A DNA stretch of 64,000 nt from Podarcis bocagei (taxonomy: Eukaryota), in assembly GCA_964188305.1 (NCBI GenBank), contig OZ076886.1. One strand, written 5' to 3'. The notes under the pieces are model-generated. The model was not told the origin of the DNA. It saw only the letters and a list, made by a program, of their open reading frames with translations, and searched no databases. This document shows, in pieces, positions 50,450 to 63,500 of the stretch. Within the stretch, counting starts at the first letter, position 1; each line of letters starts with the position of its first letter. The position numbers were made by a program, and so were the translations under genes.

Positions 50450-51469
50450 TGAAACTAGTGGACGTGGGAGGTCTATTCTGTACCCTGCCCATTGGTTTTC
50501 AGGATATAGGTGATAAAAATATTTTTGAACTAAATTGGTTATTTAATCATTTTTTTAAGAACCCTGATATGCTTTGTGTTTTGTTCCTTGCTATTACTAT
50601 TTGTTTTGTACATGGTCGTTTATTGTAAATCCACTTTGCTGCAGAGCAGTATATGTGTTAAATAAATATATACAACATTTTTTTAAAAGCACAGGCACTC
50701 TGATGAAAAAAATTGTTGGCAGCCCAGACCCTTAAAGGAAAGGTTAAAGGAAATGGTGTGTACCCATTTGCAAGAGCTCTTTAAATGAGAGGGAGAGAAC
50801 ATATATACCTATGGTCTGATAAAACAGGGCAGGATTGTAGCTATGCTACAAATACAGTAATGCAAATGTGGCGTGGTGTTTCGACACTGGCAATTTGCCT
50901 GATACAGACCAGTCTTTGTGAGCCTGAAAACAAACAGTGAATTCTTATCTCCAACATACTCACAATGCCCTAATGTCATGTAGCCTTTTCCTTCCTCGGG
51001 GATTGACAAGAATACCAACATCCTCAAAAGCCCAAGTAAAAAAGAAAGGAGAAGGGGGAGGATTGAGGCCAGTTACAACCACACCAATTTATTTGCTCAG
51101 ATTCTGCTGCATTCTGTGAGGGGAAATTCAAAGAGCACCACCAAATTTCACCCCTTTACAAGAGAAATGAAATGGGATCTGGGACATGTCTTCTGTCTAG
51201 CCAAGGTGATAATGCTAAGGTGGAAGACTCCTGAGGGAACAGAATGGACTGTACAATTTCAGACTGTGGGGAGGGGGAAATCAACTTTTTTTGGGGGGAG
51301 GGGGAGACTCAGCACCGTCAGAAAACCAGCACAGAAGAAAATGGGCTGAGATACTATTTTTTTCCATGCTGCAGTACAGTAGTTTTTTAAAACAATTTGT
51401 TGATTGAGTACATGTGAGAGTGATAAAAAACAGGCAACCCTCTCCCCCAACTACAGCATGAAGCAGTAA

Positions 51470-51720
51470 AAAGGTAAAAGGTAAAGGACCCCCGGATGGT
51501 AAAGTCCAGTCAAAGGTGTCTCGCTTTCAGGCCAAAGGAGTCAGTGTTTGTCCACAGACAGCTTTCTGGGTCATGTGGCCAGCATGACTAAACCACTTCT
51601 GGCGCAACAGAACACCGTGATGGAAACCAGAGTGCACAGAAATGCTGTTTACCTTCCCGCCATAATGGTACCTGTTTATCTACTTGCACTGGCATGCTTT
51701 CGAACTGCTACGTTGGCAGG
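51470..51720 (-). mobile_element. Sauria SINE, 5'-truncated, divergent subfamily
   Basis: Tail ggtaaaaggtaaagg and core gggtcatgtggccagcatgac; TSD-like agcatgaa. Confidence 0.85.
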
Positions 51721-52671
51721 AAGCATGAACTAGTATAGCCCACTTGTGCATCATAAGATTCTTTCGCCTCAGTCTACGGTGTGTGTAGATCAGCCCTTCA
51801 AACTTCCATAAAAATCACAAAGGACAGAAGTAAACATTCAAATGTGCTGTTTAACTAGAAATTTCCAGCACAACCAACAACATATTTACTCACAAGTAGG
51901 TCTCACTTTCAATAGGACTTGCTCCCTTTTAGGTTTGCAGGCGTTGGCTGTTTTTTATCAGAAGCATTTCGCCCTGTTCTTCAGCCAAAAGAAAAAAGGC
52001 ACCCAGAGAAGCTTACAACTATAATGACGAGACCCACAGGCAGCTGACCCACAACCCACCACCTTCTCAGGATACAGAGTGCAATACTGTATGTTGTCCA
52101 GTGAGCAATGCAGACTCAAATCGCTTGTCTCTTTACACCTTGGCCATGTTTAGGGAGGCATCTCTATACTTCAATGGCAGTGTCACACACAGCAGCAGAC
52201 ATCTGGAACAATTCCCAGTCAAGAACGTTTTTAGTGAATTCCGGTCTTGAAAACATAGTTTCTAATTTTCAAGGAGAAAGTGATTTATATACTAAAGACT
52301 GATAGAATCTCAACGAAGGTCAAATCCTTTAATTATGATACCCACTCCATAGCCTGCCATCCCCACCAAGCCAGATATTCATAAAATCACAAGCAGGTAA
52401 ACCAACTGCCATGAAAGTATTCAGGATTATCTGATAAAGGAGAGAATGAAAGAGTTGTAAACTCATCAAAATCTGCCATACATCTTTCTTCCTTTGCTCT
52501 GTTCCCCCCCCCCCCAAAATACAAATAAAATAAAAGCTTAGAAAAAGTATGCCATCCATTCCGTCCTAATCTGCAGTGTAAACTTCTTTGAAATTGATAG
52601 ATTTAAAAAATCTGTTTATTCATCTTTGGATTCCCTTGCTGTAGTGCCTGACACCAAGAGTCACAAGCCAA

Positions 52672-53536
52672 GGTGATACTCAAACACTGGACTGAATCCC
52701 TGGAGGCTAAAAAGCCAGCTATTACTTTTTAGAAATGTTTATTGTGTATTAATTAATTTGATGCACAAACTTTGAGAAGCAAATGGAATACATTATTAAC
52801 AAGCTCCATCTTAGTTAAAGAATGGGATAATATTTTAGCCTCTGTTTCCAATGTATCGTTAGATTACAAACGATGTCTCATACAACAAGAGATTTTATTT
52901 CGAGTTTATTGGATTCCATCATGATTGCATAAACATGGACTCTCAGTGACAACATGCTGTTGGAGATGCAGAATGAATAAATATTGTGGAGACAGAGTTA
53001 AACATTTCAGAAGATAACATCATTTTAAACTATATACTTAATATATGATGCTTGACTATCAGACAATGTAAATGGATTCTCCATGCACTCACATCTGCAA
53101 AAGGATTGATACTGATACATTGGAAGGACAAAAATATGGATGAAGTATCCTTTAATTAATGGATAGCTGACATGACAACTCCTGCAACCCATGAACGGAT
53201 CGCTTTCAGATGAAGATTAGGCATGGACAAATTTAATGATACTTTGGAACATATTTATCGAAACCATAGTGATACATGAATCATCATATACTGAGGGAAA
53301 CAATAAGTTTATCCATCTACATATATACAGTATAGTTTTGTATTTTATTGTTATTTTGTTATTGCTGTTTTCCTCTTCTTTTTAAAATGTTTTTAATATT
53401 TGGAAACTCAGCCAGATGGGTGGGGTATAAATAAGAAAATTATGATGATGATGATTTCTTTTTCCATTTTATATTCTTTCGTCCGCTATTTACTTTAAGT
53501 CACTATTATAACCTCAATAAAATATAAATATTTAAA
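52672..53536 (+). mobile_element. degenerate L1/Tx1-type LINE 3' fragment
   Basis: Decayed ORF2-like C-terminus (CWRC..., WIADMTT..HERIAF); T-rich UTR; AATAAA plus A-run; TSD aagag(t/c)cacaagccaa (52656-52671, 53537-53552). Confidence 0.7.
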
Positions 53537-53964
53537 AAGAGCCACAAGCCAATAAAGCCACATTAATCCAGGGAGCAGCCATGCTCATCAGTAGAAGCTA
53601 ACAGAAGGTAATCTTGAAGACTTATGGGTCATATGCTTCTATTATCTTTTACAGCCTATTTCACAAGAAGCCTATGACAAAACAGACTTGTGAAAGCAGA
53701 TGTGGCTTTTGATCCTGTTTCAAAACATACTTAGCAAATTAAGCAGCAGCAGAAGGGCAGCAAAAGAAGCCATCTCTATTACTTTTGCTTGTGAATGGAG
53801 GGGAAAATCATTATACTCTTTTGGAAGGTGAACAGGGAACCCTAATCTGAGCAGCACCACATTGTTCTGTAGGATTCACAAGTCACCACTGCTTTTCACC
53901 ATTCGCACCACCCACCTAGCACCCTAACCCTTCCACTGCTCCCATAACCCTATCCTGGAATAAA

Positions 53965-54302
53965 AAGGTAAAGGTAAAAGGACCCCTGACCATTAGGTCC
54001 AGTCATGGCCAACTCTGGGGTTGCGGCACTCATCTCGCTTTATTGGCCAAGGGAGCCGGCGTACAGTTTCCGGGTCATGTGGCCAGCATGACAAAGCCGC
54101 TTCTGGCGAACCAGAGCAGTGCACGGAAATGCCGTTTACCTTCCCGCTGGAGTGTTACCTACTTGCACTTTGACATGCTTTCGAACTGCTAGGTTGGCAG
54201 GAGAAGGGACCAAGCAATGGGCGCTCACCCCGTTGCGGGAATTCGAACCGCTGACCTTCTGATTGGCAAGTCCTAGGCTCTGTGGTTTAACCCACAGCGC
54301 CA
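53965..54302 (-). mobile_element. Sauria SINE, near full length
   Basis: Same consensus as other copies. Confidence 0.9.
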
Positions 54303-54659
54303 TACTCAGCCATAATTCCCAATCAAGCCAGCACAATTTAAGACAAGGCAGCTATTATAGCTGAGCATGAGGGAAGTCTTCAGGGCTTTTTCCACTTTCT
54401 TATGAACTTTCTGTTTGTAGACATGATAATACTGGAGTAACTGCCCTGAGGGCCATAATGTTCCCAGCCTCCCATGCTTTAATCTTTCGTTTGCCCTTTT
54501 ACCTGTGGGATGAAGGAACCTTTGACCCTCCCAGAGGTTGTCAGACTACATCTCCCATTGGCTACACTGGTTGGGGCTGACAGGAGTTAGAAGTCCAAGC
54601 TCATTGATACATCAGGGCACCGCGGCCCACCTGCCACCAGAATTCTTGTTTTTTCTCTA

Positions 54660-54833
54660 GGGGTGAACAGCTCAGTGCTAGAGAGTCTGCTTTGCATGCA
54701 GGTCCCAAATTCAATCCCTGGCATCTTCAAGCTGAGCTGGGAAACTCTGGGGAGCCACTGGGAGTCAGTGTAAACAATACTGGACTAGACTGGCCAAGGG
54801 TCTGACCTGATACAATGCAGCTTCCCATATTCC
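54660..54833 (+). mobile_element. old tRNA-derived SINE
   Basis: Head agctcagtgctagag...ttcaatccctggc; related to 27400-27713. Confidence 0.55.
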
Positions 54834-55499
54834 CACAAGCGCTCACAAGAACTGACTGTTCCAAAAAAGATAGAAGGAGGAAATACACAATTACTTCTAA
54901 TTCGATCTCACGACCACCTCGCTAGTTTAAGTAAAACACCCCCGGGAAAACCCTGCTCTTTAAGTTTGAGTTTCACCTGCAAAGGAGGAGACTGGCCGGG
55001 CTGATCGTGAGAACGAGCCCCCTTGCCAAACAAGCTTCTACTTTTTATTTTTAATCTCTGCACCTGTCTCTTCAGGCGTACTTTGCACAATCGCTTGGCT
55101 TGCTTGCTTGGCGACCTACAGGCACCCGGAGGGGAGGAAACAGAGGAAGCTGCTGCAATCGCCTGGAGAACCGAAGGAGAAGAAAACGCCACCTTCCCAA
55201 ACCTCACAGTTACGCAAAGCAGGCCACTCTTCGGAGCAACACAGACCTCAAGGGCGACATGGGGCAAGAGGTTCCGAAGACCTTATAAATCTTCTGATCT
55301 CCCTCTTAGAATTATATGTATTCCAGCAAAAGGGGGCAAAGCGATTATTTTAATGGGTTTGCCTGCCAGCGTGGGAAGGACCGATCAGTTTTTTGAACCA
55401 GGAACTCGCCTGATGGAGATGGAAAGGTCTTCCTAACCTTGGGAAGTGGAAGCAGGAAAAGAAGAAAAGGAGAGCAGCCCAGCAGTCTCTTCTCCATCT

Positions 55500-56200
55500 C
55501 CCTCCTCGAAACCCGCGTGTGGCGGCCAAGCGAGCGCTCTTACTCACCGTTGGCGCAGCTACTGTTCACCCAGAGCGGCTCCGGTCGCTCCATGTGCTCC
55601 TTCCTGCCGAGGCTCAGCAGAGATCAGCGCATCCCCGGGAGAAGCGACGCGAAGAGGACGCGGCTGCCGGAGACAGGACCCAAGGAGGCTGTGGGTGCGA
55701 TCGCTTCTTCCGCGCCGCCGCCGATCTTCGCTCGCTCGCTGTTCCCAGAGGGGCAGCGCAGCCCTACCAGCCTGTTGCAGCGAAAACTCCAAGGAGTCTC
55801 GTTTGGCAAGAGCACCTTCAAGACTAACAAATTCTTGGGACAGCCTCTGCGCGCTCTTGGCTCTTCTCCCTTCGTCAGACACTCGAAGTCAACCGGCTGG
55901 CCTCGCCCCAACCTGTGGCGAGCGGAGAAGTTGCCCGGGGCGAGAAAAGAGAAGCGGCTGCTGAGATCACACCTGCCCCAGCCGGATCCACCACTCCTCC
56001 CGGTCCGGGTTTTCTCAATCTGACTCCGTCTCCCCCTCTCCAGAGGAGGGGCTTGTGCCCACGCGCTCTTCGGCGCCTACGCGCGTTGCGAGCCTTCCTT
56101 GCCCTGGCGCGAGGTGGGGGGGGGGGCAGCACAAATCCGGCAGGTGCTCGTGACTCCCGGGGTCAGATGCCACACATGTCGGGTTACCTTGTTTCATGGA
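55500..56200 (-). promoter_or_regulatory. NIPAL4: CpG island with NIPAL4 promoter and 5' UTR
   Basis: High GC and CpG density around the first coding exon; no repeat structure. Confidence 0.8.
55548..55593 (-). CDS. NIPAL4: NIPAL4 exon 1 coding part, MERPEPLWVNSSCAN(G)
   Basis: ATG at 55593 inside a CpG island; donor G|gtgagt; resembles human MELRVSNTSCENG; phase 1 joins exon 2; total CDS 1209 nt. Confidence 0.9.
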
Positions 56201-56441
56201 GAACCGCTAAGGTGAAAATGGGGGGGGGGGGCGCTTCTCATACCTGAATTCAGCTCTGCCTGGAAAACAGACCCTTCCACTTTGTGTGTGCGTGTGCGCG
56301 CTGGAGGAAGTTTCTTTAACTTGCACTCTAAAAGTGGGAAATCCACGAAGCCTCTCTAGCAAAAGCAGCAAAATAAAATGGGCCTTGGATGCCCATGACT
56401 AGTTCACACATGTTTTGCCAACACATATATAAGTCAGGGGT

Positions 56442-56792
56442 AAGGTAAAGGTAAAGGGATCCCTGACCATTAGGTCCAGTCGTGGCTGACTCTGGGGTTG
56501 CGGCGCTCATCTCGCTTTACTGGCCAAGGGAGCCGGCGTACAGCTTCCTGGTCATGTGGCCAGCATGACGAAGCCGCTTCTGGCAAACCAGAGCAGCGCA
56601 CGGAAACGCCGTTTACCTTCCCGCTGGAGCGGTACCTATTTATCTACTTGCACTTTGACGTGCTTTCAAACTGCTAGGTTGGCAGGAGCAGGGACCGAGC
56701 AACGGGAGCTCACCCCGTCGCAGGGATTCGAACCACCGACCTTCTGATCAGCAAGTCCTAGGCTCTGTGATTTAACCCACAGCGCCACCCGT
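56442..56792 (-). mobile_element. Sauria SINE, full length
   Basis: Consensus match; TSD gtcaggggt (56433-56441, 56793-56801). Confidence 0.92.
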
Positions 56793-57229
56793 GTCAGGGG
56801 TGGCTGGTGCTTATTGGCACCGACAATAGAACCAACAATAGGTGGAGCCCAGAGCCAATGACAGGCAGAGACAAGTCACCGGTGGAAGTTTGTCCCCAGC
56901 TGCCTCCCTGTTGAGTTCTGCAAGGGAAATCCAGAGACCAAGGAGGAGGAGGAAGCTGACAGGCAGGGTCATCCCCTGGAGTGGTTGTAAGAAGTAAGAA
57001 GGCTGAGGAAAGAGTGAGGTTGGTGGGGTGGTGCTCGGCTAGCCCTAATGAACCAGCCCCCACTGATATAAGCTCAAGTTTACACATCTATGTTTGTTAC
57101 TTGCCAGCTGCAAACTAAAGTCTTGGATGTGTGGATGGGCTGGTGTGACAAATATTACCAGCACAACTTTCCTTCCACCCAAAGTCAACTCAACAAATTC
57201 AGATGATATAGTTCACACATGTGGCTAAG

Positions 57230-57360
57230 CAAGGCTTTTTCCCCCAGCCAGAACTCGTCAGAACTCAGTTCCAGTACCTCTTGGGTGGGCACAATTGCCA
57301 TTATAAGAGAACAAGGGAGGCGTTCAGCTGAGTTCCGGCACCTCTAAAAAAATAGCAGTG
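57230..57360. mobile_element. short DNA-transposon relic (MITE)
   Basis: caaggctttttc ... aaaaaatagcagtg termini; repeated agttcc..(c/t)acctct. Confidence 0.45.
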
Positions 57361-60300
57361 TATTATGTATGATTCATGACTCATCAAATGTAGGTATGAA
57401 TGTGTGAACCAGATTTCAGTGTGGAGAAAAGGGGTGTACAGAAATGACGCTCACATGGATGACATTGACCTCACACGTGGGAATAGGAAGGAAGGACTTT
57501 CAGGAGAGGAGATTGAATATAGGGACTATGCTCTTGGGTTGCATACAGAAGAAGCTAACTGTACTTAGGTCCCATTGAAACTGGTATGGTTAGTAATAGC
57601 TAACCCAAGCCCCCTTGATTATGTTTCATTTAGCCTGGGTCTGACCCCCTGTAAGTTTGTTTAAGAAGTGTTCGGCAAGCCCCAAATACTGTTTGACTAC
57701 ACTGAAATGAAAGGCTCGGACAACAGTGTTGAACTTTATTCTCACAAAATGCCTGGAGCAGAAATCAAAAGCAAATAAGATCCTTATTTCTTAGATAACA
57801 AAACATGTGCTAACTATGCACGTACGCCATTGAAACATCCAATTCCCACAGAGAAGGTGAGCAAGTTTATAGACAGGGACTGTATGCTTTGTATGCAAAA
57901 TGTCCCAGGGTCCAATTTCAGCATCTCCAATAGACTTGTTCTTGCTGGGCTGACATTTTATCATCAGGTCTAGGCCCTGCTGGGACTTTCCATCACACCC
58001 CCCCCCCCGGCATACCTTCTTCTGGTGCCAGGAAAGGAAGAATAAAAACTACAGCTGTGGTGGTGGGCTGTGCTGCCAGTAAAGCTGATCCCAAAGGATG
58101 CTCCCCTTTTGAGTTGCTTTGGCCCATCCCCTTTAAATTAGTTTCATAGGCTATGGTTGAAATTGCCCCCCCCCCTTCTAGGCTGTTTCTTTGTGATTTT
58201 CTTTGGACCATTTCCAGCATATGGAACTACAGCTGTCCTGGACTGGTGTGAAAGAGAGGTACAGTAGTTTCAGGCCCTTGGAATGAGAGTCCAGCTCCGC
58301 ATGGAACTATGCCCTTCCTGGGGGAATGATTTTTATCCCAGGTGACCCCTGGCCCATGGGTCATGCCTGATATCTTTAACATTAAGAGACACTGAAAGCA
58401 CCATATCCTGTGACATAAGACTTGCTTGTGTTGCTGAGAGGCTGTGTGTGAAGTGCTTCTGTTTATGCAGTATGCACCTGGAAAACCTTGGGCTTGGTGG
58501 AAATTGGGGTATCCTTTCAATCTGAGTGGCCAGTCTGCTACAGGGGCACCTTCTGAATGATTTGTTATTATAATGATGATAAAACTGGAGTGCCCAATAG
58601 ATTGAAGTTCTTTAACTGAAGCTATTCAACCTCATTTCCTACCCTACACATTGAGAATGACTTGTACCAGGTCATGCAATTGACCAAGCTGGCTAGAGTT
58701 TATTGTACTATTGGCACAGTTCCTTCCTCTACTAAATTCTTCTTTCTACAGGTGGAAACTGATAATATTCAGTGTTTACATGCCCACCAGGGGGTGGGGG
58801 AAAAAATCATGGATATTCTTCTCTTTCCATATTAGATTGTTCTCCTATTTGTGGTCCAGCCTATTTGAATTTCAAGCAATTCAAACAGTATCATAACAAG
58901 AAGTATGATTTCCCCCTACCTGATGCAGTTTGGAATGGAAAAGGGATCTGAATACAGTACATGCATTTGACAAATGAGTCCCTTTTTACAAGTTCCCCCC
59001 TCCAGCCCTCCTAATGAAACTTCCCTGCAGAACACTGGTCTCTTAGCAATGTAGCCACACCTGAAATACTGGTTTGGAAATGGTGTGCTGTGAGGCTGAG
59101 GCAACTGTAAGTATCTGGAGTGTAGGTTAACACAGGTTTTTCTCCCTTCTGGTATGTTCTTTGGCTGTATGGGGAGAAATGGAACAACTCAGGGTACCAG
59201 CAATCGGTCCCTCGCTATTGCGGTCTCTATACTGCACTTTTTGCCATTGATCTGGACATTCAAGGATAATTCCTCCTGCAGGAGGCTTGGCTCAACATTC
59301 GGGACACAGGTGTATGAGAGGGTATCACACAGCAAAATCAGGTGCTTTGAGGCATTGTAAAAAGGAGCATTGTGATGGGGTGTGGTTTCAGCTTCTCACA
59401 TTTGTAACTAAATGGGAGGTCCCATCCCCCACCCACCCAGCTCACTTGACAATGTAGAGGGGTTATATTAGCACTGGCTGATAATCCAAGAGGAATCACA
59501 GTTGCAAAAGTGGTTAGTGATCTGTAAAGTGATACAGGCATCTCTCTCTAACATGCTCTGCGTGAATATTGTCATCGGTTGTTTTTATTGTAAGTTTTTG
59601 AAAACAATACTCCTTTTTTTAAAAAAGGTTCATTGCTAAATTTTTCATTGTGTGGCTGTAACAGAAATTATTGCTTCCCTGGTGAATCTTATCCAATTGC
59701 TTTGGAGAAATGAAATGGCCATGTTTGCTTTCCAGAGGGAAAACATTTTACACACTAGTACTGTAAAGGAGAGTGGACTTAACTAAGCTTACGAAGACTG
59801 ACATACACACAAAGCCATTATTTTTGTGTGTGTATATATGTGAGAATAGTGGTCTGAGGTAAACTACATTTAGCCTCAGTTCCCTTCTCCGTCTGCAATA
59901 GAAAGATAGCTCTTGACTATGTTGAAAAGGTTACTGATATACTGTATCTGAAATTCTCTGAACAAATAATCTCAGTAATCTTTACAACAGCCCTCAACGG
60001 TAGGTCATTATTACTAGTATATCCATAAACAGGGTGAGGGTTGAGAGTGCAGTGTACCTAGTGCTCATGTAACACGGGTGAAATTTGCTAGGGAGATTTA
60101 CCTCAGCCCACACTTTCTGTGAGCTCCAGTGGCTATTGTATTCTTGCATTCAGAGAGGCATGAAAAGGGTGGAAGAGAGGTTGGCTTCACACAGGTGCAA
60201 TCTCCAATTGCTTGAAAAAGCCCTGGAGAGAGGGAACTTAAATGGCTCTAGGGAGGCAAGGACTTTCAGTCTTTGCAACAGATCCATGGGGCAAGACTTA

Positions 60301-60594
60301 CTGTGGATGAGCTACTGTGCTTGTTATGCCTGACATTCCACTATGGGGTGGTTTATTGCTGTCTTGCTCCTGACACTGTGCTTGCTGAATTATAAGCGTA
60401 ATAAGAACATGGCAGTGACAAGTATTGTGGCAACTGGTAGGCAAGGGAACTACAGCTGGGAAGATTTGAATCCCCAGATCTAAATGTAGCACCGAGACCT
60501 GTATAAGCCCCAATTTGAGTTGATTCGCCTCATACCCCAAACCACCTGTTTTTGTAATAATGCTACAGCAACTTTGTCACCCTTTCATTCAAAC

Positions 60595-63500
60595 CATTTA
60601 TGACTCAACTTTTATTTTTCCCTTGTTAACAGGATTCATCCTAGCTTTGCTGTACATATTGTTGGAAGTTGCAATACAGGTCATCATGTCACCACACACA
60701 GGGTGTCTTATCGATACAGAAGCATTTTGAATGGAAATGAAGAACTTCTGTTGACCAATGATGAAGGAACAAAAATACAAAACAAGATATATCATTTCCC
60801 GCTGCATAGCAAATATGATTCAAGAATTCAAACACCATAGTTGATCACTACTCTGAATATACCGCACCATAAATAAATGTAAATTCATTGTACAAAAAAG
60901 TCCTGGACAAGTCTTCATACAAATATGATACATTTGAAAGAATTATGCAAAGTCCTTTTTTAAAAACATCTGTTCTTAAAAACAGCACCTTGCTCATGTT
61001 CTCAAATAGACAAATATCAATTAAAACCAGAATAATACAGAAGAGAATAGGAATTAATATGACCACTGACACTTCTGACAAATTCTGTTGGTAAAGGGAA
61101 CATGGTTGAAGTGCAGAGAGTTTGTTCTTTAACGTCAAGTCACAAAAAAATCAACCTGATAGACTGTTTAAAGCCTGAAAGGGCCACAGCTGTTCATCAT
61201 CATTGCTGAAGTAGTCTGGAGTCTACATCCTCAAGGCTTGGTTTATCCTTTCGTCAGGCCCTACCTTGTGGTACGTACCTTTGTGGTTTCCTGGTTCCCA
61301 CCAGAAACACCTAAAAAGCCAAATGACATGTCGCACACCATTGCATGTTTCTTTCCCGGCCCCTAAACATGGTGCCTGTTTTTATTTTTACTGAAAAACA
61401 GCCTTGGAAGCGGCAATCAAGACTTGAGACAGTGGTGAGGATGGGGTTAGGGCAGCCTAACTAAGGGACAGGGAACACATGGTCTGTGTGCCAAATTTGG
61501 TCTTCTAGAGGTTCTAATTTTACTCACAAGGCCATCCCCTCCCCAGACGTGTCCACCCAGACATCCTCAAGGTTGTGTAGGGCATGTCTGCAAAGGAATG
61601 ACCGGAAGACTCCCAGCTATTTTACGACAAGGAAAGCTTGAATAACCTGATGTCATATGATGCCAGGGGAATGACAGGTGGGCATGGGGGAGGGGGAGCC
61701 CAGATCATTCCCCGTCCTTTGCCTAGCCCTTTCTCTTTCAGCCACTGGTCTATTCAAAAATATAATGGGCTGGATCCAGAGAAGTACACGCAGAATTCTG
61801 CTCATGCAATGGGGCTTTCCTGGCCTGGCTCCTTTCCATTGTGTCCCCGCCACCATACTCACACCCCAAAAGGTTGGGCATGGCATGGCCCACCCAAGGC
61901 TGAAAAATCAGCAGAACTCCAGGAGGTTTTCTTGCATTACATTGGAACAGGATGAGTTTGGGTCCAAGCCACCAGGCCTCTCCAGTATGCTTTTCCACCT
62001 ACAGGGGAAAAGGTAAGGATCACTGATCGAGGGTTTGTAATTCTGATAGGTGAGAAACACCTTTTTCTTTTTAAATAAAATAGGAGGTGCATTTCATGCT
62101 TACTCCCCCATAAGCTATGTGTCTGGAGTAAGACCTGTCTGTCCTCAGAGGAGTTCCACTCCGTTCTTCCATATGACTCATTGTTCTGGGCATTCTTGGA
62201 AGGCAAGTAATGGCACTTTATGTAAGAATTATCCTCTTACAGTAGATGTTGATGGGAAGGCTAGGACAGAACAGTGGATCACAGAAGAGATGCATCCACA
62301 GCATCTTCCGGGGAACATTCTTGCAGGTATTCTTAATTATTATATTTATTTGTTTCTTGTAGCATAAAGTGTTCCTGTGGGACAGTGTATCTTCGCACAC
62401 AGTTGGGGACAGACTTAGATGTTACATTTCTTTTTTAGCACGGAGGAAAATCTGGTTCACTCAGTTCACTCTTTGATAACAACTTTGTTATTTAGTCTGC
62501 AAGTAGGAGGACCAGAACTATCTCATAAAGAGCATCCTATGAAGGCCACTGGGATTCTTTGCTGGGAATTCAAAAGATGGAAATCTCAGGGCAAAAACAT
62601 CCTGGGAGAAAGGAAACCATGTTGGACAGATACTTTAAAAAGTCTAGGAAATACTGTAAACTTGCCCTGAGTTTTCCCCACACTCAAAGACTCAGAAGTC
62701 AACCCTGTTTTCCTTCTCACTTGTGTACTTAAAGCATTTAGGATTTCCCTATAAATAGCATTGATCTCAACAGAGAATAACCCACAACCCATGTGTGAGT
62801 AACAGTGTTAAAATGCAATGTGTGAGCATAGCTAAAAATTCCATTTCATAGAACTGGAAACGATTACTGGAATTATGATCATCTAGTTGACTCTTCTATT
62901 GGATATGAGCTGTTAAATATAACATATTGCAGCTGATACTACAGAGTAGGCCTCGGAATGGCATTTGTTCTGGATTGTAATGACTTTCTCAAGTGGCCTG
63001 AGTGTTTACACCTGTGGTATCATGCTCTGTTAAGTAACCACCACAAAAAGATTGAATTTTATTTTGAAAAGGCTGTGGGAATAAAAATAAAAATGAACAG
63101 CATCCTATTTGTCTATTTCATTAGATGTGTTCAGATTCTAACTCTGGGGTGTTTACATAGTGTTTGGTTCAGTTTTGCAAATCTGAAGTTGAGGGTTACT
63201 AAGGTGCATGAAGAGAATGAAATTCAGTTAAACTGACAATATGTGCTCTCAAAAAAACCCTGAAGCACTTTAATTGTTGCATTAGATATTTAAGATGGGA
63301 TTTGCTGGAAGTTAATTTCCCCCCTTTGGACTTCCAAGCCCCTTTGTTTGTTTCTGCCTGAGTTAAGAGTCTTCAGGTTACTTTTCTGAGCATTGCCTTA
63401 ATTCCACATTGCAAGATGTATCTTGCAGTTTGAAATGCTGCAAACATGCCCCCCAGATTCTGTGGAGGGATATTTATTAGTTACTTTGGAAAAAGATGAG

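Noticed and set aside
55439-56247. ORFs of 100-194 aa in several frames
   Set aside because: Stop-poor CpG island; only the 46-nt NIPAL4 exon 1 has homology and splice support.
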